Source: a virus (lineage: Duplodnaviria > Caudoviricetes). Taken from it: a DNA stretch of 31,763 bases. Both the position numbers and the translations under genes were made by a program. The notes under the pieces are model-generated. The model was given only the letters and a program-made list of their open reading frames with translations. It searched no databases and was not told the origin of the DNA. The stretch covers positions 1 through 31,763 of IMG/VR virus record IMGVR_UViG_3300047561_000086; one strand, written 5' to 3'. Shown piece after piece: positions 1 to 9,614 of this stretch; within the stretch, counting starts at the first letter, position 1, and each line of letters opens with the position of its first letter.

Positions 1-127
1 TTAATTGATATAGGAGAATTATTATGGCATTTGCCAATTCCAGTATCAGCGACATCATTGCGACCAACATTCAAAGCCGTACTGGTGAGTTAGCTGATAA
101 CGTCACAAACAACAACGCCCTTTTGCG
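1..127 (+). repeat. Left copy of 127-bp direct terminal repeat (circular assembly overlap)
   Basis: 1-127 is identical to 31637-31763; the right copy restarts the major capsid gene directly after the scaffold gene. Confidence 0.97.
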
Positions 128-1025
128 CCGACTCAAAGACCGTGGAAATGTGAAAACATTTTCTGGCGGTAATGTGATTTTGCAAGAGATTATGTATAGC
201 GACAGCACAACAAATAACACGAATTCTTATTCTGGTTATGAAGTGTTGAACGTTTCACAAAACAGCCCAATCAGTTCTGCCCAATTTAGCATTACTCAAT
301 ACGCTGCTGCTGTGTCCATCTCTGGTCTTGAAATGATCCAGAACTCGGGCAAAGAGGCAATTATTGATCTGCTAGATGGTCGCATGATGGTTGCCGAGGC
401 TCAATTGGCTAACCGCATTGGCGCTGACATCTACACAGATGGCACTGGCAATAGTGGTAAAAACCTTACTGGTTTGGGCGCAGCGGTTCCTGATGCACCT
501 TCTACTGGTACTTACGGCGGTATCAATCGCGCTAACTACAGCTTCTGGCGTTCACAAAAGTATTCTGGCGTGACTGATGGCGGCTCTGCTGTTTCGGCTT
601 CAAACATCCAGTCTTACATGGATTCTTTGGCTGTTCAGTTGATTCGTGGCACAGACAAGCCCGACTTGATCGTTGCTGACAGTAATTACTACCGTTTGTA
701 TTTGCAGTCTATGCAATCCATCCAGCGTGTTACTGATGGCGGCAATTCGAGCCAAGGCGCTGGTTTTGCTTCATTGAAATACTATGGCGCTGGTATGGCA
801 TCTGATGTCGTGCTTGACGGTGGTATCGGTTCTAACGCTACTGCAAACCATATGTGGTTCTTGAACACCAAGTATTTGATGTTCCGTCCGCACGTTGACC
901 GTAACTTTGTGCCTATTGGTGGCGAGCGTCAAGCTGTCAACCAAGATGCAATCGTTAAGTTGATTGGTTGGGCTGGTAATTTGACTAGCTCAGGCCCACA
1001 GTTCTGTGGCGTTCTGATCGCTTAA
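24..1025 (+). CDS. Major capsid protein
   Basis: 333 aa, strong SD (AGGAG), directly follows the scaffold gene on the circle; N-terminus MAFANSSISDIIATNIQSRTGELADNV resembles podovirus-type coat proteins. Confidence 0.88.
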   Translation: MAFANSSISDIIATNIQSRTGELADNVTNNNALLRRLKDRGNVKTFSGGNVILQEIMYSDSTTNNTNSYSGYEVLNVSQNSPISSAQFSITQYAAAVSISGLEMIQNSGKEAIIDLLDGRMMVAEAQLANRIGADIYTDGTGNSGKNLTGLGAAVPDAPSTGTYGGINRANYSFWRSQKYSGVTDGGSAVSASNIQSYMDSLAVQLIRGTDKPDLIVADSNYYRLYLQSMQSIQRVTDGGNSSQGAGFASLKYYGAGMASDVVLDGGIGSNATANHMWFLNTKYLMFRPHVDRNFVPIGGERQAVNQDAIVKLIGWAGNLTSSGPQFCGVLIA

Positions 1026-1039
1026 AGGAGTATGTAATC

Positions 1040-1336
1040 ATGGCATATACAATCACCCCCCTCATTGGTATTGACTTTAACAATATCGTTAATACCAACA
1101 CAAACAGTGCTGGTACGGCTATTCCTACATTTGGCCCCTTGGGTGCTGAAGTGTTTGGTTCTGATGGCAAAATTTATGTTTTGGCTCAAGCCAACGCATC
1201 TATTCCCGCCTCAACAGCCGTTTGCACTGTCAACGCAACCACATTCTTGGTAACAGCTTCTGGCGGTTCTTACAGCTCGCCCGCAGTTGCCCTAGTCTCT
1301 GGTGACACTGCTTGGTTCTCCAAAGCATCTGTGTAA
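1040..1336 (+). CDS. Probable capsid decoration/cement protein
   Basis: 98 aa, A/S/T/G-rich, AGGAG SD, lies between the capsid gene and a terminator. Confidence 0.55.
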   Translation: MAYTITPLIGIDFNNIVNTNTNSAGTAIPTFGPLGAEVFGSDGKIYVLAQANASIPASTAVCTVNATTFLVTASGGSYSSPAVALVSGDTAWFSKASV

Positions 1337-1339
1337 AAT

Positions 1340-1370
1340 AAAAGGGGCGGCATAAAAACCGCCTCTTTTT
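1340..1370 (+). terminator. Rho-independent terminator after capsid/decoration genes
   Basis: AAAGGGGCGG-cataaaaa-CCGCCTCTTTTT hairpin with U-tract. Confidence 0.85.
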
Positions 1371-1385
1371 AATTAAGGAACAAAA

Positions 1386-1748
1386 ATGGCTATTCCCTCA
1401 CGAATTCTTGGCGCTGGTAACTCGCCTTTGTCCACAGTATCTATCGCTGGCGATGGCGCTGTTGGCATTGTTGCATTGGGTTCTACTGCCGCTACCGCAA
1501 CACAATTGTCGGCTGTGTTCAACACAATCACCACTTCATCTGCTTCTACGGGCGTTAAATTGCCTCCTACTGAAGCGGGCGCACTGGTTGGTATTCGTAA
1601 TGATTCGGGTCAAACAATTTCTGTTTACCCTTACAATACAAGCTCGACTATCAATGCAGCAGCAACATCTGTTACATTGGCAACTGCAAAAAGTATGATT
1701 CTTTTCGCTCCAAGCGCAACAACTTGGGCATCCGTCACTTCAGCTTAA
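1386..1748 (+). CDS. Small virion structural protein (hypothetical)
   Basis: 120 aa, A/S/T-rich, AAGGA SD, in the head module. Confidence 0.55.
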   Translation: MAIPSRILGAGNSPLSTVSIAGDGAVGIVALGSTAATATQLSAVFNTITTSSASTGVKLPPTEAGALVGIRNDSGQTISVYPYNTSSTINAAATSVTLATAKSMILFAPSATTWASVTSA

Positions 1749-1765
1749 TCCCCACAGGATAAAAA

Positions 1766-2296
1766 ATGGCACTAGATTCCGATATTGCAAACGCAGATTC
1801 GCATCTGCACGTTGAGTTCTACACATTTGATAAAGCACCGTACAAAGACAGCCCGTTTGTGCGAATTATGGTTCCAGGCGATAAGTACAACATCATTGAG
1901 CAACCTGTTCGTGATGACCATAAGGAGCGCTTTCCCCGTCAATGGTTGCACTATCAAATGCAAAACTCAGAAGGTGGGCCTGTCATTGGCACAACTTTGC
2001 AAAATTGGCATCTAGACCGCCCTGAAGAATTTACAGACAGTCAAATGGCTGAACTGCAAATTCTAAAGTTTCAAACTGTTGAGCAAGTTGCTACGGCAAG
2101 CGATGCTCAATTGCAGCGCGTTGGAATGGGCGCTGTTGGATTGCGTGAAAAAGCAAGGGCATACCTATTGCGCCGCAATCAAAGTGAAAGTTCATTTGAA
2201 TTAGAGCAAACCCGTTCTGAATTGAAAGAATTACAAGAGCAAATGAAAGCCTTGTTGTCTGAAAAAACAAGAGGCCGCCCTAAAAAAGAGGTGTAA
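1766..2296 (+). CDS. Conserved phage hypothetical protein with C-terminal coiled coil and RGRPKK tail
   Basis: 176 aa, AGGA SD, between head genes and adaptor. Confidence 0.6.
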   Translation: MALDSDIANADSHLHVEFYTFDKAPYKDSPFVRIMVPGDKYNIIEQPVRDDHKERFPRQWLHYQMQNSEGGPVIGTTLQNWHLDRPEEFTDSQMAELQILKFQTVEQVATASDAQLQRVGMGAVGLREKARAYLLRRNQSESSFELEQTRSELKELQEQMKALLSEKTRGRPKKEV

Positions 2297-2299
2297 ATT

Positions 2300-3211
2300 A
2301 TGTCTAGCACTATGCTTCAGTTAGTGCAGCAAGTTACCAATGAATTAGGCGTTTCAACACCGACAAGTGTTGCAGGGAATACTAATCAAGACGTTATCCA
2401 AATTCTTGCGTTAATGAACGCAGGCGGGTACGAGTTTCTGCGCAAACATCCTTGGCGAACGCTTACAGTTCAAAAACAGTTTTACACTGAATATCTAACC
2501 ACAACAGGCACGTGGAGTAGTAGTGGAACTACCATCACGGGAATCCCGTCTACAACTGGTTTAGATAACACCTACATGGTGGTTGGCACAGGGATTGACC
2601 AGAACACTTTTATTCAAACGGTGGATTCAGGCACATCTGTCACCATTGATAGAAAAACAACTGCCGCTGGGACTGGTGCAACCGTGTACTTTCAAAAGAT
2701 GAAGTATGCGTTTCCAAGCGACTATGAGGCCATCATTCCACGAACAATGTGGGACAAAGATAAGCATTGGGAGATGTTAGGCCCAGAGGATGCCCAACAA
2801 TGGGAATGGTTGCTGTCTGGATACATTGCAACTGGCCCGCGAATTCGCTGGCGCTTGTTTAGCAAGTATTTCCAAATTTGGCCTGGCTTTTCTAATGCTG
2901 AGTTTTTGGGGTATGAATACCGTTCAAACGCTTGGGCAAATAGTGCATCAGATGTTCCAAAATCATCGTTTACTCTTGACACCGATACTTGCATTTATCC
3001 TGATCGGTTGATGGTTCTTGTAACCAAGCTCAAGTATTTTGAGGCCAAAGGTTTTGACACAACGGCAATGTATCGCAACTATTTGGAAGAAATGGAAGCG
3101 GCTATTGCTTTGGATATGTCTGCTGCTAACTTGTCGTTTGCGCCAAGGCCAGGCACAATTTTGGTCGGATATGACAACATCCCTGATAGTGGTTATGGGG
3201 CATCACCGTAA
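2300..3211 (+). CDS. Head-tail adaptor / tail tubular protein A-like (P22 gp4 position)
   Basis: 303 aa, GAGGTG SD, adaptor-like helical N-terminus, immediately upstream of the nozzle gene. Confidence 0.65.
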   Translation: MSSTMLQLVQQVTNELGVSTPTSVAGNTNQDVIQILALMNAGGYEFLRKHPWRTLTVQKQFYTEYLTTTGTWSSSGTTITGIPSTTGLDNTYMVVGTGIDQNTFIQTVDSGTSVTIDRKTTAAGTGATVYFQKMKYAFPSDYEAIIPRTMWDKDKHWEMLGPEDAQQWEWLLSGYIATGPRIRWRLFSKYFQIWPGFSNAEFLGYEYRSNAWANSASDVPKSSFTLDTDTCIYPDRLMVLVTKLKYFEAKGFDTTAMYRNYLEEMEAAIALDMSAANLSFAPRPGTILVGYDNIPDSGYGASP

Positions 3212-4752
3212 TGCCAAAAATTGCCCAAAGGACTGCCGCTAATGTAGCGAGTATCCCAGCGCCCGTAGGCGGCTGGAATGTGCGTGATTCATTGGCAAAT
3301 ATGGCGCCGACTGATGCGGTGGTAATGACCAATTTCTTTCCGACTGTTTCAAGTGTAAACTTGCGCGGTGGATACAGCAAATGGTCAACAGGGATAACGG
3401 GCCAAGTTGAAACGCTAATGGCGTATGAAACTGGTTCTGTAAGTAAATTATTTGGGATTGCTAATGGCTCCATTTACAACTGCACAACTCAAGGCGCTGT
3501 CGGCGCTGCTGAAAAAACTGGGTTAACAAACAGCCGTTTTGAGCATATCAACGTTACAACGGCTGGAGGAAGTTATCTCTACGCTTGCAATGGTCTTGAT
3601 GACCCATTGCTGTACAACGGCACAACATGGGCAAGTATTAACGGCTCCAGCACAATTGCAATCACGGGCATAACCACAAATAAACTAAACAATGTGACGT
3701 TGTTTAAAAACCGAGTTTGGTTTATTGAAAAAGAAAGTTTAAAAGCCTGGTATTTGCCAACTAATTCGGTTGGCGGTGCTGCTCAAGTTTTAGACTTGAG
3801 TTCCATTGCCCGAATGGGCGGGTACATTGTTTCTTTGAGCGCCTGGACAATTGATGCGGGTTATGGCGTTGACGACAATCTGGTGTTTGTAACGTCCCAG
3901 GGCGAGATTATTGTTTATAGAGGCACAGACCCCGCATCTGCAAGCACATGGGCTTTAGCGGGCGTTTGGAAGCTAGGAGCGCCTGTTTCGCAGCGTTGTT
4001 TGTACAAGTATGGTGGCGACTTGTTAATTCTAAGTTTGGATGGCCTGTTGCCGTTAGCTTCAGCGTTGCAGTCAAGCCGACTTGATCCAAGAGTGAACTT
4101 GTCTGACAAAATTCAAGGCGCAATTACTGAAGCAACAACAAATTATCAAAATTCATTTGGTTGGGCTTTGCTTTATCACGCAAAAAACAATGCTTTGTGG
4201 ATTAATGTTCCTGTTGGTCTTGGGGTGCAAGAGCAATTTGTAATGAACACCATTACAAAGTCATGGACAAGATTTACAGGATGGGACGCTAATTGTTGGG
4301 AAACATTTGATGACAATCCTTATTTTGGCGGGGAGGGTTATGTTGGTTTGGCGTGGAATGGTTATGTTGATGACATAAACGACATTAATGCAACTGCTTT
4401 GCAGGCATTTAATTATTACGAAAGCCGTGGAGTAAAGAAGTACTTTACAAGAGCCAGGCCGTCCATTTTCACAGATGGAACCCCTGCAATTTTGGTAGGC
4501 ATAAATGTTGATTTTGATATTTCAAACACAACAGGAAGTTTAACTTTTAGTCCAACCAGTTATGGTTTATGGGATACATCCGTTTGGGACAACGCATTGT
4601 GGGCAAGTGGAACAGTCATAACAAACAATTGGCAAGGCGTTACAGGCATTGGCTACTGTGCGGGTATTCAGCTAAAATCAGCATCACAAGGCTTGCAAAT
4701 TGAGTGGGCCTCAACCGATGTTGTTTTTCAACAAGGATGGGCTGGTATATGA
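3211..4752 (+). CDS. Tail hub/nozzle, P22 gp10-like packaged-DNA stabilization protein
   Basis: 513 aa, beta-rich, N-terminal PAPVGGWN motif, TAATG coupling with the adaptor gene. Confidence 0.75.
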   Translation: MPKIAQRTAANVASIPAPVGGWNVRDSLANMAPTDAVVMTNFFPTVSSVNLRGGYSKWSTGITGQVETLMAYETGSVSKLFGIANGSIYNCTTQGAVGAAEKTGLTNSRFEHINVTTAGGSYLYACNGLDDPLLYNGTTWASINGSSTIAITGITTNKLNNVTLFKNRVWFIEKESLKAWYLPTNSVGGAAQVLDLSSIARMGGYIVSLSAWTIDAGYGVDDNLVFVTSQGEIIVYRGTDPASASTWALAGVWKLGAPVSQRCLYKYGGDLLILSLDGLLPLASALQSSRLDPRVNLSDKIQGAITEATTNYQNSFGWALLYHAKNNALWINVPVGLGVQEQFVMNTITKSWTRFTGWDANCWETFDDNPYFGGEGYVGLAWNGYVDDINDINATALQAFNYYESRGVKKYFTRARPSIFTDGTPAILVGINVDFDISNTTGSLTFSPTSYGLWDTSVWDNALWASGTVITNNWQGVTGIGYCAGIQLKSASQGLQIEWASTDVVFQQGWAGI

Positions 4753-5186
4753 ACGCAAAAATGGAAAAATTTGCAAATGTTTCAGCCGAGGCCGTAGTGC
4801 TTATTGGCAAACATTGGACTGAGCTTTATGGTAATGCCAACTTAAAAAGTGATTTAGGTGGCATGATTGAACTGGAAAAAACGGGAAATTTTGCATACTT
4901 TACTTTGCGCACCGAAACAGGTGAATTGGCGGGTCATGCAGGGTTTATGGTGTTCAGATCGCCTTTTTATGGCGAAATGCAAGCGCTGGACGTTTTTTAT
5001 TATGTGTTGCCAGATCACCGAGGCGGTCTTGGAATTTGCAAGCTGCTTAAATTAGCAGGGCAAATGCTTAAAGTCAATGGTGTAAGTCAAATCATGATAA
5101 GCCATAAAAAAAATCAAGATTTAAGCGTTTTGCTTCAAAGAGCAAACTATGAGCCATCAGGCGAAACATACGAATTTAAGGAATAA
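4749..5186 (+). CDS. GNAT-fold protein between tail and ejection genes (T7 gp13/P22 gp14 position)
   Basis: YVLPDHRGGLG acetyl-CoA-binding-like motif; start placed at the ATGA overlap (4749). Confidence 0.7.
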   Translation: MNAKMEKFANVSAEAVVLIGKHWTELYGNANLKSDLGGMIELEKTGNFAYFTLRTETGELAGHAGFMVFRSPFYGEMQALDVFYYVLPDHRGGLGICKLLKLAGQMLKVNGVSQIMISHKKNQDLSVLLQRANYEPSGETYEFKE

Positions 5187-5188
5187 AC

Positions 5189-8056
5189 ATGGCTTTCTTA
5201 TGCCCTCCACCTGCGGCAGTAACGCCTGATTATGCGGCGGCGGCGACTGCTCAAGGCGTAGCAAACAAAGATACAGCAATTACGCAGGGTTATTTAAACA
5301 ACCCCAACATCGTAGGCCCGTTGGGTGGTCAAACCGTTACGTTTGATCCTCTTACAAACCAGCCGACAATTACTCAAAATCTGACCCCAACTGCACAATC
5401 CACGTTGGAGTCGCAGCAACGAGTTCAACAAGGTATGGCAAACCTTGGCGAAACAAGTCTTACAAGTGCATCAAAGATTATTGGTACTCCATTTCAATAT
5501 ACGGGGCCAAGCGTTACCACTTCACTTGCTGATGCTGGAACAATACAAGGCGCACCTAATTTAACGGGCATGGGGTTGGCTGCTGGTGGGTTTACAGGCG
5601 ATAAAGCTGTTGGTAATGTTACTGGCGGCACAGCCACAGGAAATGCGCAAAGCGGTCAAGCGTATGGCTCTGTTACCAACCCACAAGCTAGTGCCACCAC
5701 ACAAGGCGGCCAGGCTATCGGTGGTATATATAGCGGCAATGCTTTAGGTAATTTCCAAGGTGGACAAGCAACTGGTGGTGTAAACGGCCCAACCTTGCAA
5801 CAAAGTTATGGAAATTATGGGACTGTCCAAGGTGGCCCTAATTTGGGGGGCATGGGTTCTGCTGGGTCAATTTCAGCAAATCAATACGGTTTAGCCCAAG
5901 GTAATGTTGCAGCAGATCAATATGGTTTAGCCAAAGGCGATGTTGCTGCAAATCAATATGGTTTGGCCCAAGGGAATGTTGCTGCAAATCAATATGGTTT
6001 GGCCCAAACAAATGTTGCTGCAAATCAATACGGTTTGGCTGGCGGCATAAACCCAACGCAATATGGTTTGGCCCAAGGAGGGGTTCAAGGCGTTAATTTG
6101 CAACAATCAATTGGGAATATTGGCAAAATTGACCAAAATTTAAACGCTAATAATTACCTTGCTAACAACCAATTAAATTTAAGCAATGTAGCAAAAATGC
6201 CTGTTAATGCAGGAACTACGGGACAAGCAGCAATTATGTCTCGACTTGCGCCTCAATTAGAACGCCAACAAAAAGCAAATGCACAAAACTTGGCGAACCA
6301 AGGTTTAGTTGCGGGTGGCGAGGCGTATACAAATGCAATGCGAGATCAAGCCTATCAACAAAATGATTTGTTGACACAAGCTGCTTTGCAGGGAATAGGT
6401 TTAGATACTTCGGCAAATCAACAAGGTTTTAATCAAGCCCTGGCTACGGGCCAATTTGGAAACACTGGCATACAACAAAACTTTGGCAATGCTTTGGCTG
6501 CTCAACAAGCACAAAACGCAGCTCAAAGTCAAGGTTTTAATCAGCAATTGCAATCAGGCCAATTTGGTAATCAAGCGCAGTTGGCAAGTTTTGGCGTAAA
6601 TTTGCAGAACCAACAAGCTCAAAATCAAGCAATTGCACAAAACTACGGTCAAGGTTTAAATGCGCAGCAATTGGCAAATCAATCTGTTGCCCAAAACTTT
6701 GGTCAAGGCCAAACAGCCCAAAATGCTGCAAATGCTGCTGTTGCGCAAAACTTTGGTCAAGGTGTAACGGCTAACAATCTTTCAAATCAAGCAATTGCGC
6801 AAAATTACGGTCAAGCGATGACATCTCAACAGGCTGCTAATCAAGCTATTGCGCAAAATTACGGCCAAGCAATGACATCTCAGCAAGCCGCTAATCAAGC
6901 AATTGCACAAAACTTTGGTCAGGGCATGGCTGCATCTAATGCAGGAAATGCAGCACTTTCGCAAAATCAAAACGCTGCATTGCAACAACAAACTGCTGCA
7001 AATCAAGCACAAGCACAACAATACGCCCAAGCGCAAGGTAATGCACAATTTGCAAACCAAGCCCAATTGTCGGGTTTTGGTGCAAATCTACAAAATCAAC
7101 AAGCGCAAAATCAAGCCATTGCCCAGAATTCAGCACAAGGATTAGCCCAGCAGCAAGCATATAACGCAGCAATTGGTCAAAACTTTAATCAAAATCTGCA
7201 AAATCAACAAGCCTACAATGCTGCAATTGGTCAAAATTATCAACAAGGAATGGGAAATCAAGCGGCTCAAAACGCAGTGGCTGCCCAGAATTTTGGTCAA
7301 AACGTAACTAATCAGCAGCTTGGAAACCAAGCAACCCAGCAAAACTTTAACAATGCGTTGGCTACTCAACAGGCCCAAAATCAAGCTATTTCCCAAAACT
7401 TTGGACAAAATGTAACAAGCCAACAACTTGCAAATGCAGCGGCTGGTCAAAACTATCAGCAAGGAATGAACACACAAGCTGCACAAAACGCAGCACTTTT
7501 GCAAAATCAAAACATTGCATCACAACAACAGCAATTGGCTAACGCTGCACAACTTCAGCAATACAACCAAAACCTTGGAGGCGCCCAATTTGCTAACAAT
7601 GCCGCTTCGCAAAGTTTACAAACTCAACTCGCCTTGCGCAATCAGCCTTTGAATGAAATCACAGGTTTGATGAGTGGTTCGCAGTTGCAAATGCCTCAGT
7701 TCCAAGGCTACAACCCAACAAATATTGCCCCAGCCCCTATATTTGCGGGTGCGCAAGCACAAGGTGCAGCGGCTTTGCAGAATTACGGCATTGCACAATC
7801 TGGCGCTAATGCCACAACAAGCGCGCTATTTAACCTTGCGGGTTCAGCATTGCCTTATATGTCTGACCGCCGATTGAAGTCAAACATTGAGCGCATTGGC
7901 ACACATAAACTTGGAATCGGTCTTTATGAGTACGACATCTTTGGCGAGCGTCAACAAGGCGTAATGGCAGATGAGGCTGAAAAAGTTATGCCTGAGGCTG
8001 TATTGATGCACCCAAGCGGTTACAAAATGGTCAACTACGGTTTATTGAACGGGTAA
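5189..8056 (+). CDS. Q/N/A/G-rich repeat virion protein with C-terminal S74 intramolecular chaperone domain; probable ejection/pilot protein (P22 gp7 position)
   Basis: 955 aa with 9-, 12- and 18-aa repeats; C-terminal SDRRLKSNI...GVMADE...VNY S74 signature at 7862-8056; AAGGA SD. Confidence 0.7.
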   Translation: MAFLCPPPAAVTPDYAAAATAQGVANKDTAITQGYLNNPNIVGPLGGQTVTFDPLTNQPTITQNLTPTAQSTLESQQRVQQGMANLGETSLTSASKIIGTPFQYTGPSVTTSLADAGTIQGAPNLTGMGLAAGGFTGDKAVGNVTGGTATGNAQSGQAYGSVTNPQASATTQGGQAIGGIYSGNALGNFQGGQATGGVNGPTLQQSYGNYGTVQGGPNLGGMGSAGSISANQYGLAQGNVAADQYGLAKGDVAANQYGLAQGNVAANQYGLAQTNVAANQYGLAGGINPTQYGLAQGGVQGVNLQQSIGNIGKIDQNLNANNYLANNQLNLSNVAKMPVNAGTTGQAAIMSRLAPQLERQQKANAQNLANQGLVAGGEAYTNAMRDQAYQQNDLLTQAALQGIGLDTSANQQGFNQALATGQFGNTGIQQNFGNALAAQQAQNAAQSQGFNQQLQSGQFGNQAQLASFGVNLQNQQAQNQAIAQNYGQGLNAQQLANQSVAQNFGQGQTAQNAANAAVAQNFGQGVTANNLSNQAIAQNYGQAMTSQQAANQAIAQNYGQAMTSQQAANQAIAQNFGQGMAASNAGNAALSQNQNAALQQQTAANQAQAQQYAQAQGNAQFANQAQLSGFGANLQNQQAQNQAIAQNSAQGLAQQQAYNAAIGQNFNQNLQNQQAYNAAIGQNYQQGMGNQAAQNAVAAQNFGQNVTNQQLGNQATQQNFNNALATQQAQNQAISQNFGQNVTSQQLANAAAGQNYQQGMNTQAAQNAALLQNQNIASQQQQLANAAQLQQYNQNLGGAQFANNAASQSLQTQLALRNQPLNEITGLMSGSQLQMPQFQGYNPTNIAPAPIFAGAQAQGAAALQNYGIAQSGANATTSALFNLAGSALPYMSDRRLKSNIERIGTHKLGIGLYEYDIFGERQQGVMADEAEKVMPEAVLMHPSGYKMVNYGLLNG
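5864..6076 (+). repeat. Six ~36-bp coding tandem repeats (GNVAANQYGLAQ)
   Basis: QYGLA occurs six times at 12,12,12,12,11-aa spacing; DNA unit ~gttgctgcaaatcaatatggtttggcccaa. Confidence 0.9.
6413..7654 (+). repeat. 23 in-register 54-bp (18-aa) coding repeats, consensus ~AIAQNFGQxxxxQQAANQ
   Basis: Ungapped 18-aa periodicity over aa 409-822; two adjacent units are identical (AIAQNYGQAMTSQQAANQ). Confidence 0.9.
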
Positions 8057-8060
8057 AAAC

Positions 8061-9614
8061 ATGGCTAATCAATACGAACAGTTTAATGTTGCAAACCCTT
8101 ATCAGTTGCAACAACAAGAGTTGGATCGCCGGCAAAAAATAGCTGAGATTCTGCAACAGCAAGCATTTGAACCTATGCAAGCGGGTTCATATCAAGGCAT
8201 TCAAGCACCAATTAGCCCCGTTCAAGGTTTGGCTAAAGTGCTTCAAATGTACTTAGCAAACAAGAATCAAGAAAACGTAAAAACAGAACAAAAAGCGTTG
8301 GGTGAGCAATACCAAGCAGATACATCTGCTGACATTCAAAGATTGATTAAAGGTTTGCAAGGCCAAGCGGCTGTGCCTGAGATGCAACAAAAACCAATGG
8401 CAGCAGATTTTGCAGACAATCCAAACCTTGCGTCAACATTTTCGGAAATGTCGCCTGACCAACAAAAAGCGTTTACTACGCCTGCCATTCAAGGAAAAGC
8501 AGCGGGAGTGCTTGACCCATCGTTGATTGGCGAGTTTAAAACGCCTGGTATGCAACAACAGGCCTTGAATATGTACATGGGCCAACTTGCTCCTAAAGCG
8601 CCTTTGATTCTTGGTGAAGGTCAAATTGCATACAACCCAACAACAGGTGCAGAAATGTTTAAAGGCGGCTCTAAGTCTCCTTTTGGCAATGTTACCCCCG
8701 CATCATATACGTCTGATAGCTTGAAAGCATTTTCTGATGGCGGTGGTAAAGACTTTTCTTTATTAGTCCCAGTAGTCAGTGCAGATACTCAAGCCAGATT
8801 GACGCAAGATGCAGAACAAAATGCGGCAAGATTGAAACAAGATCGTGAAATTTCTGATCGTGCATTTAATAGTTTAAGCGCAAATCAGAGAGCGTCTCTT
8901 GCTAACGAGGGCGCAAGACTTGGAATTAGTGCGGCTGATCTTTATTTCAATACTGGAATAAGGGCGGGAGGTGCGCCAAATGTAGGGTCTCAACCTGTTG
9001 TTGCACAGCCAGGTATGCAAGCGCCTACTCAGACCCAAGCTAGGCCCGTTGCTGCGCCTGTATTGGCACCCACGGCGCCTGCTTTAGCCTTGGCTGCTGC
9101 TTTGTCGCCAAAAGCACAACAAGAGTTGCAAGTTACCCAATTAAAAGGCCAGCAAGAAGCTGCTCAAGCATTGCCACAAGTTATGCAACAAGGTCAAACG
9201 TTAATTAACGGCATTGACCAAATGATTGGCAAAAAAGATGCACAAGGCAAAGTCATTGTTCCTGAGCACAAAGGGTTGAAAGACGTAGTTGGGACAACCA
9301 TTCCGTTTGAATACAAGCCATTCCAAGGCGGCACACCAGGCGCTGACTTTAAAGCTCTTTACGACCAGGTTAAAGGTGGCGCTTTCCTCGAGGCCGTTCA
9401 ACGTATGAAAGGCAGCGGCGCAATTTCTGAGATTGAAGGTGCAAAAGCCACTGCCGCATTGACAGAAGCCTCAACAGCGCAATCTCCTGATGCGTTTAGA
9501 GGCGCAATGTCTAGGTTTAGGGATGCCATCCAAACAGGCATGAACAATTCCGCAACCAAAGCAGGCAAAGGACAAATTCCGACCTATAACCCCGCAACTG
9601 GAAGGATTGAGTAA
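8061..9614 (+). CDS. Probable internal virion/ejection protein (P22 gp20 position)
   Basis: 517 aa, A/Q-rich helical composition, no Cys or Trp, second of three genes between GNAT and tail fibre. Confidence 0.6.
   Translation: MANQYEQFNVANPYQLQQQELDRRQKIAEILQQQAFEPMQAGSYQGIQAPISPVQGLAKVLQMYLANKNQENVKTEQKALGEQYQADTSADIQRLIKGLQGQAAVPEMQQKPMAADFADNPNLASTFSEMSPDQQKAFTTPAIQGKAAGVLDPSLIGEFKTPGMQQQALNMYMGQLAPKAPLILGEGQIAYNPTTGAEMFKGGSKSPFGNVTPASYTSDSLKAFSDGGGKDFSLLVPVVSADTQARLTQDAEQNAARLKQDREISDRAFNSLSANQRASLANEGARLGISAADLYFNTGIRAGGAPNVGSQPVVAQPGMQAPTQTQARPVAAPVLAPTAPALALAAALSPKAQQELQVTQLKGQQEAAQALPQVMQQGQTLINGIDQMIGKKDAQGKVIVPEHKGLKDVVGTTIPFEYKPFQGGTPGADFKALYDQVKGGAFLEAVQRMKGSGAISEIEGAKATAALTEASTAQSPDAFRGAMSRFRDAIQTGMNNSATKAGKGQIPTYNPATGRIE

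Noticed and set aside
4749-5186. Second GNAT as part of the DNA-modification system
   Set aside because: It lacks Mom motifs and sits in the conserved morphogenesis slot between tail and ejection genes
5864-7654. 36-bp and 54-bp tandem repeats as a CRISPR-like or ncRNA array
   Set aside because: Units are in-frame codon multiples with synonymous variation, have no unique spacers, and no cas genes are present
5189-8056. Q/N-rich region as a prion-like disordered domain
   Set aside because: Strict 18-residue periodicity with regularly spaced hydrophobic residues fits an ordered helical fibre better
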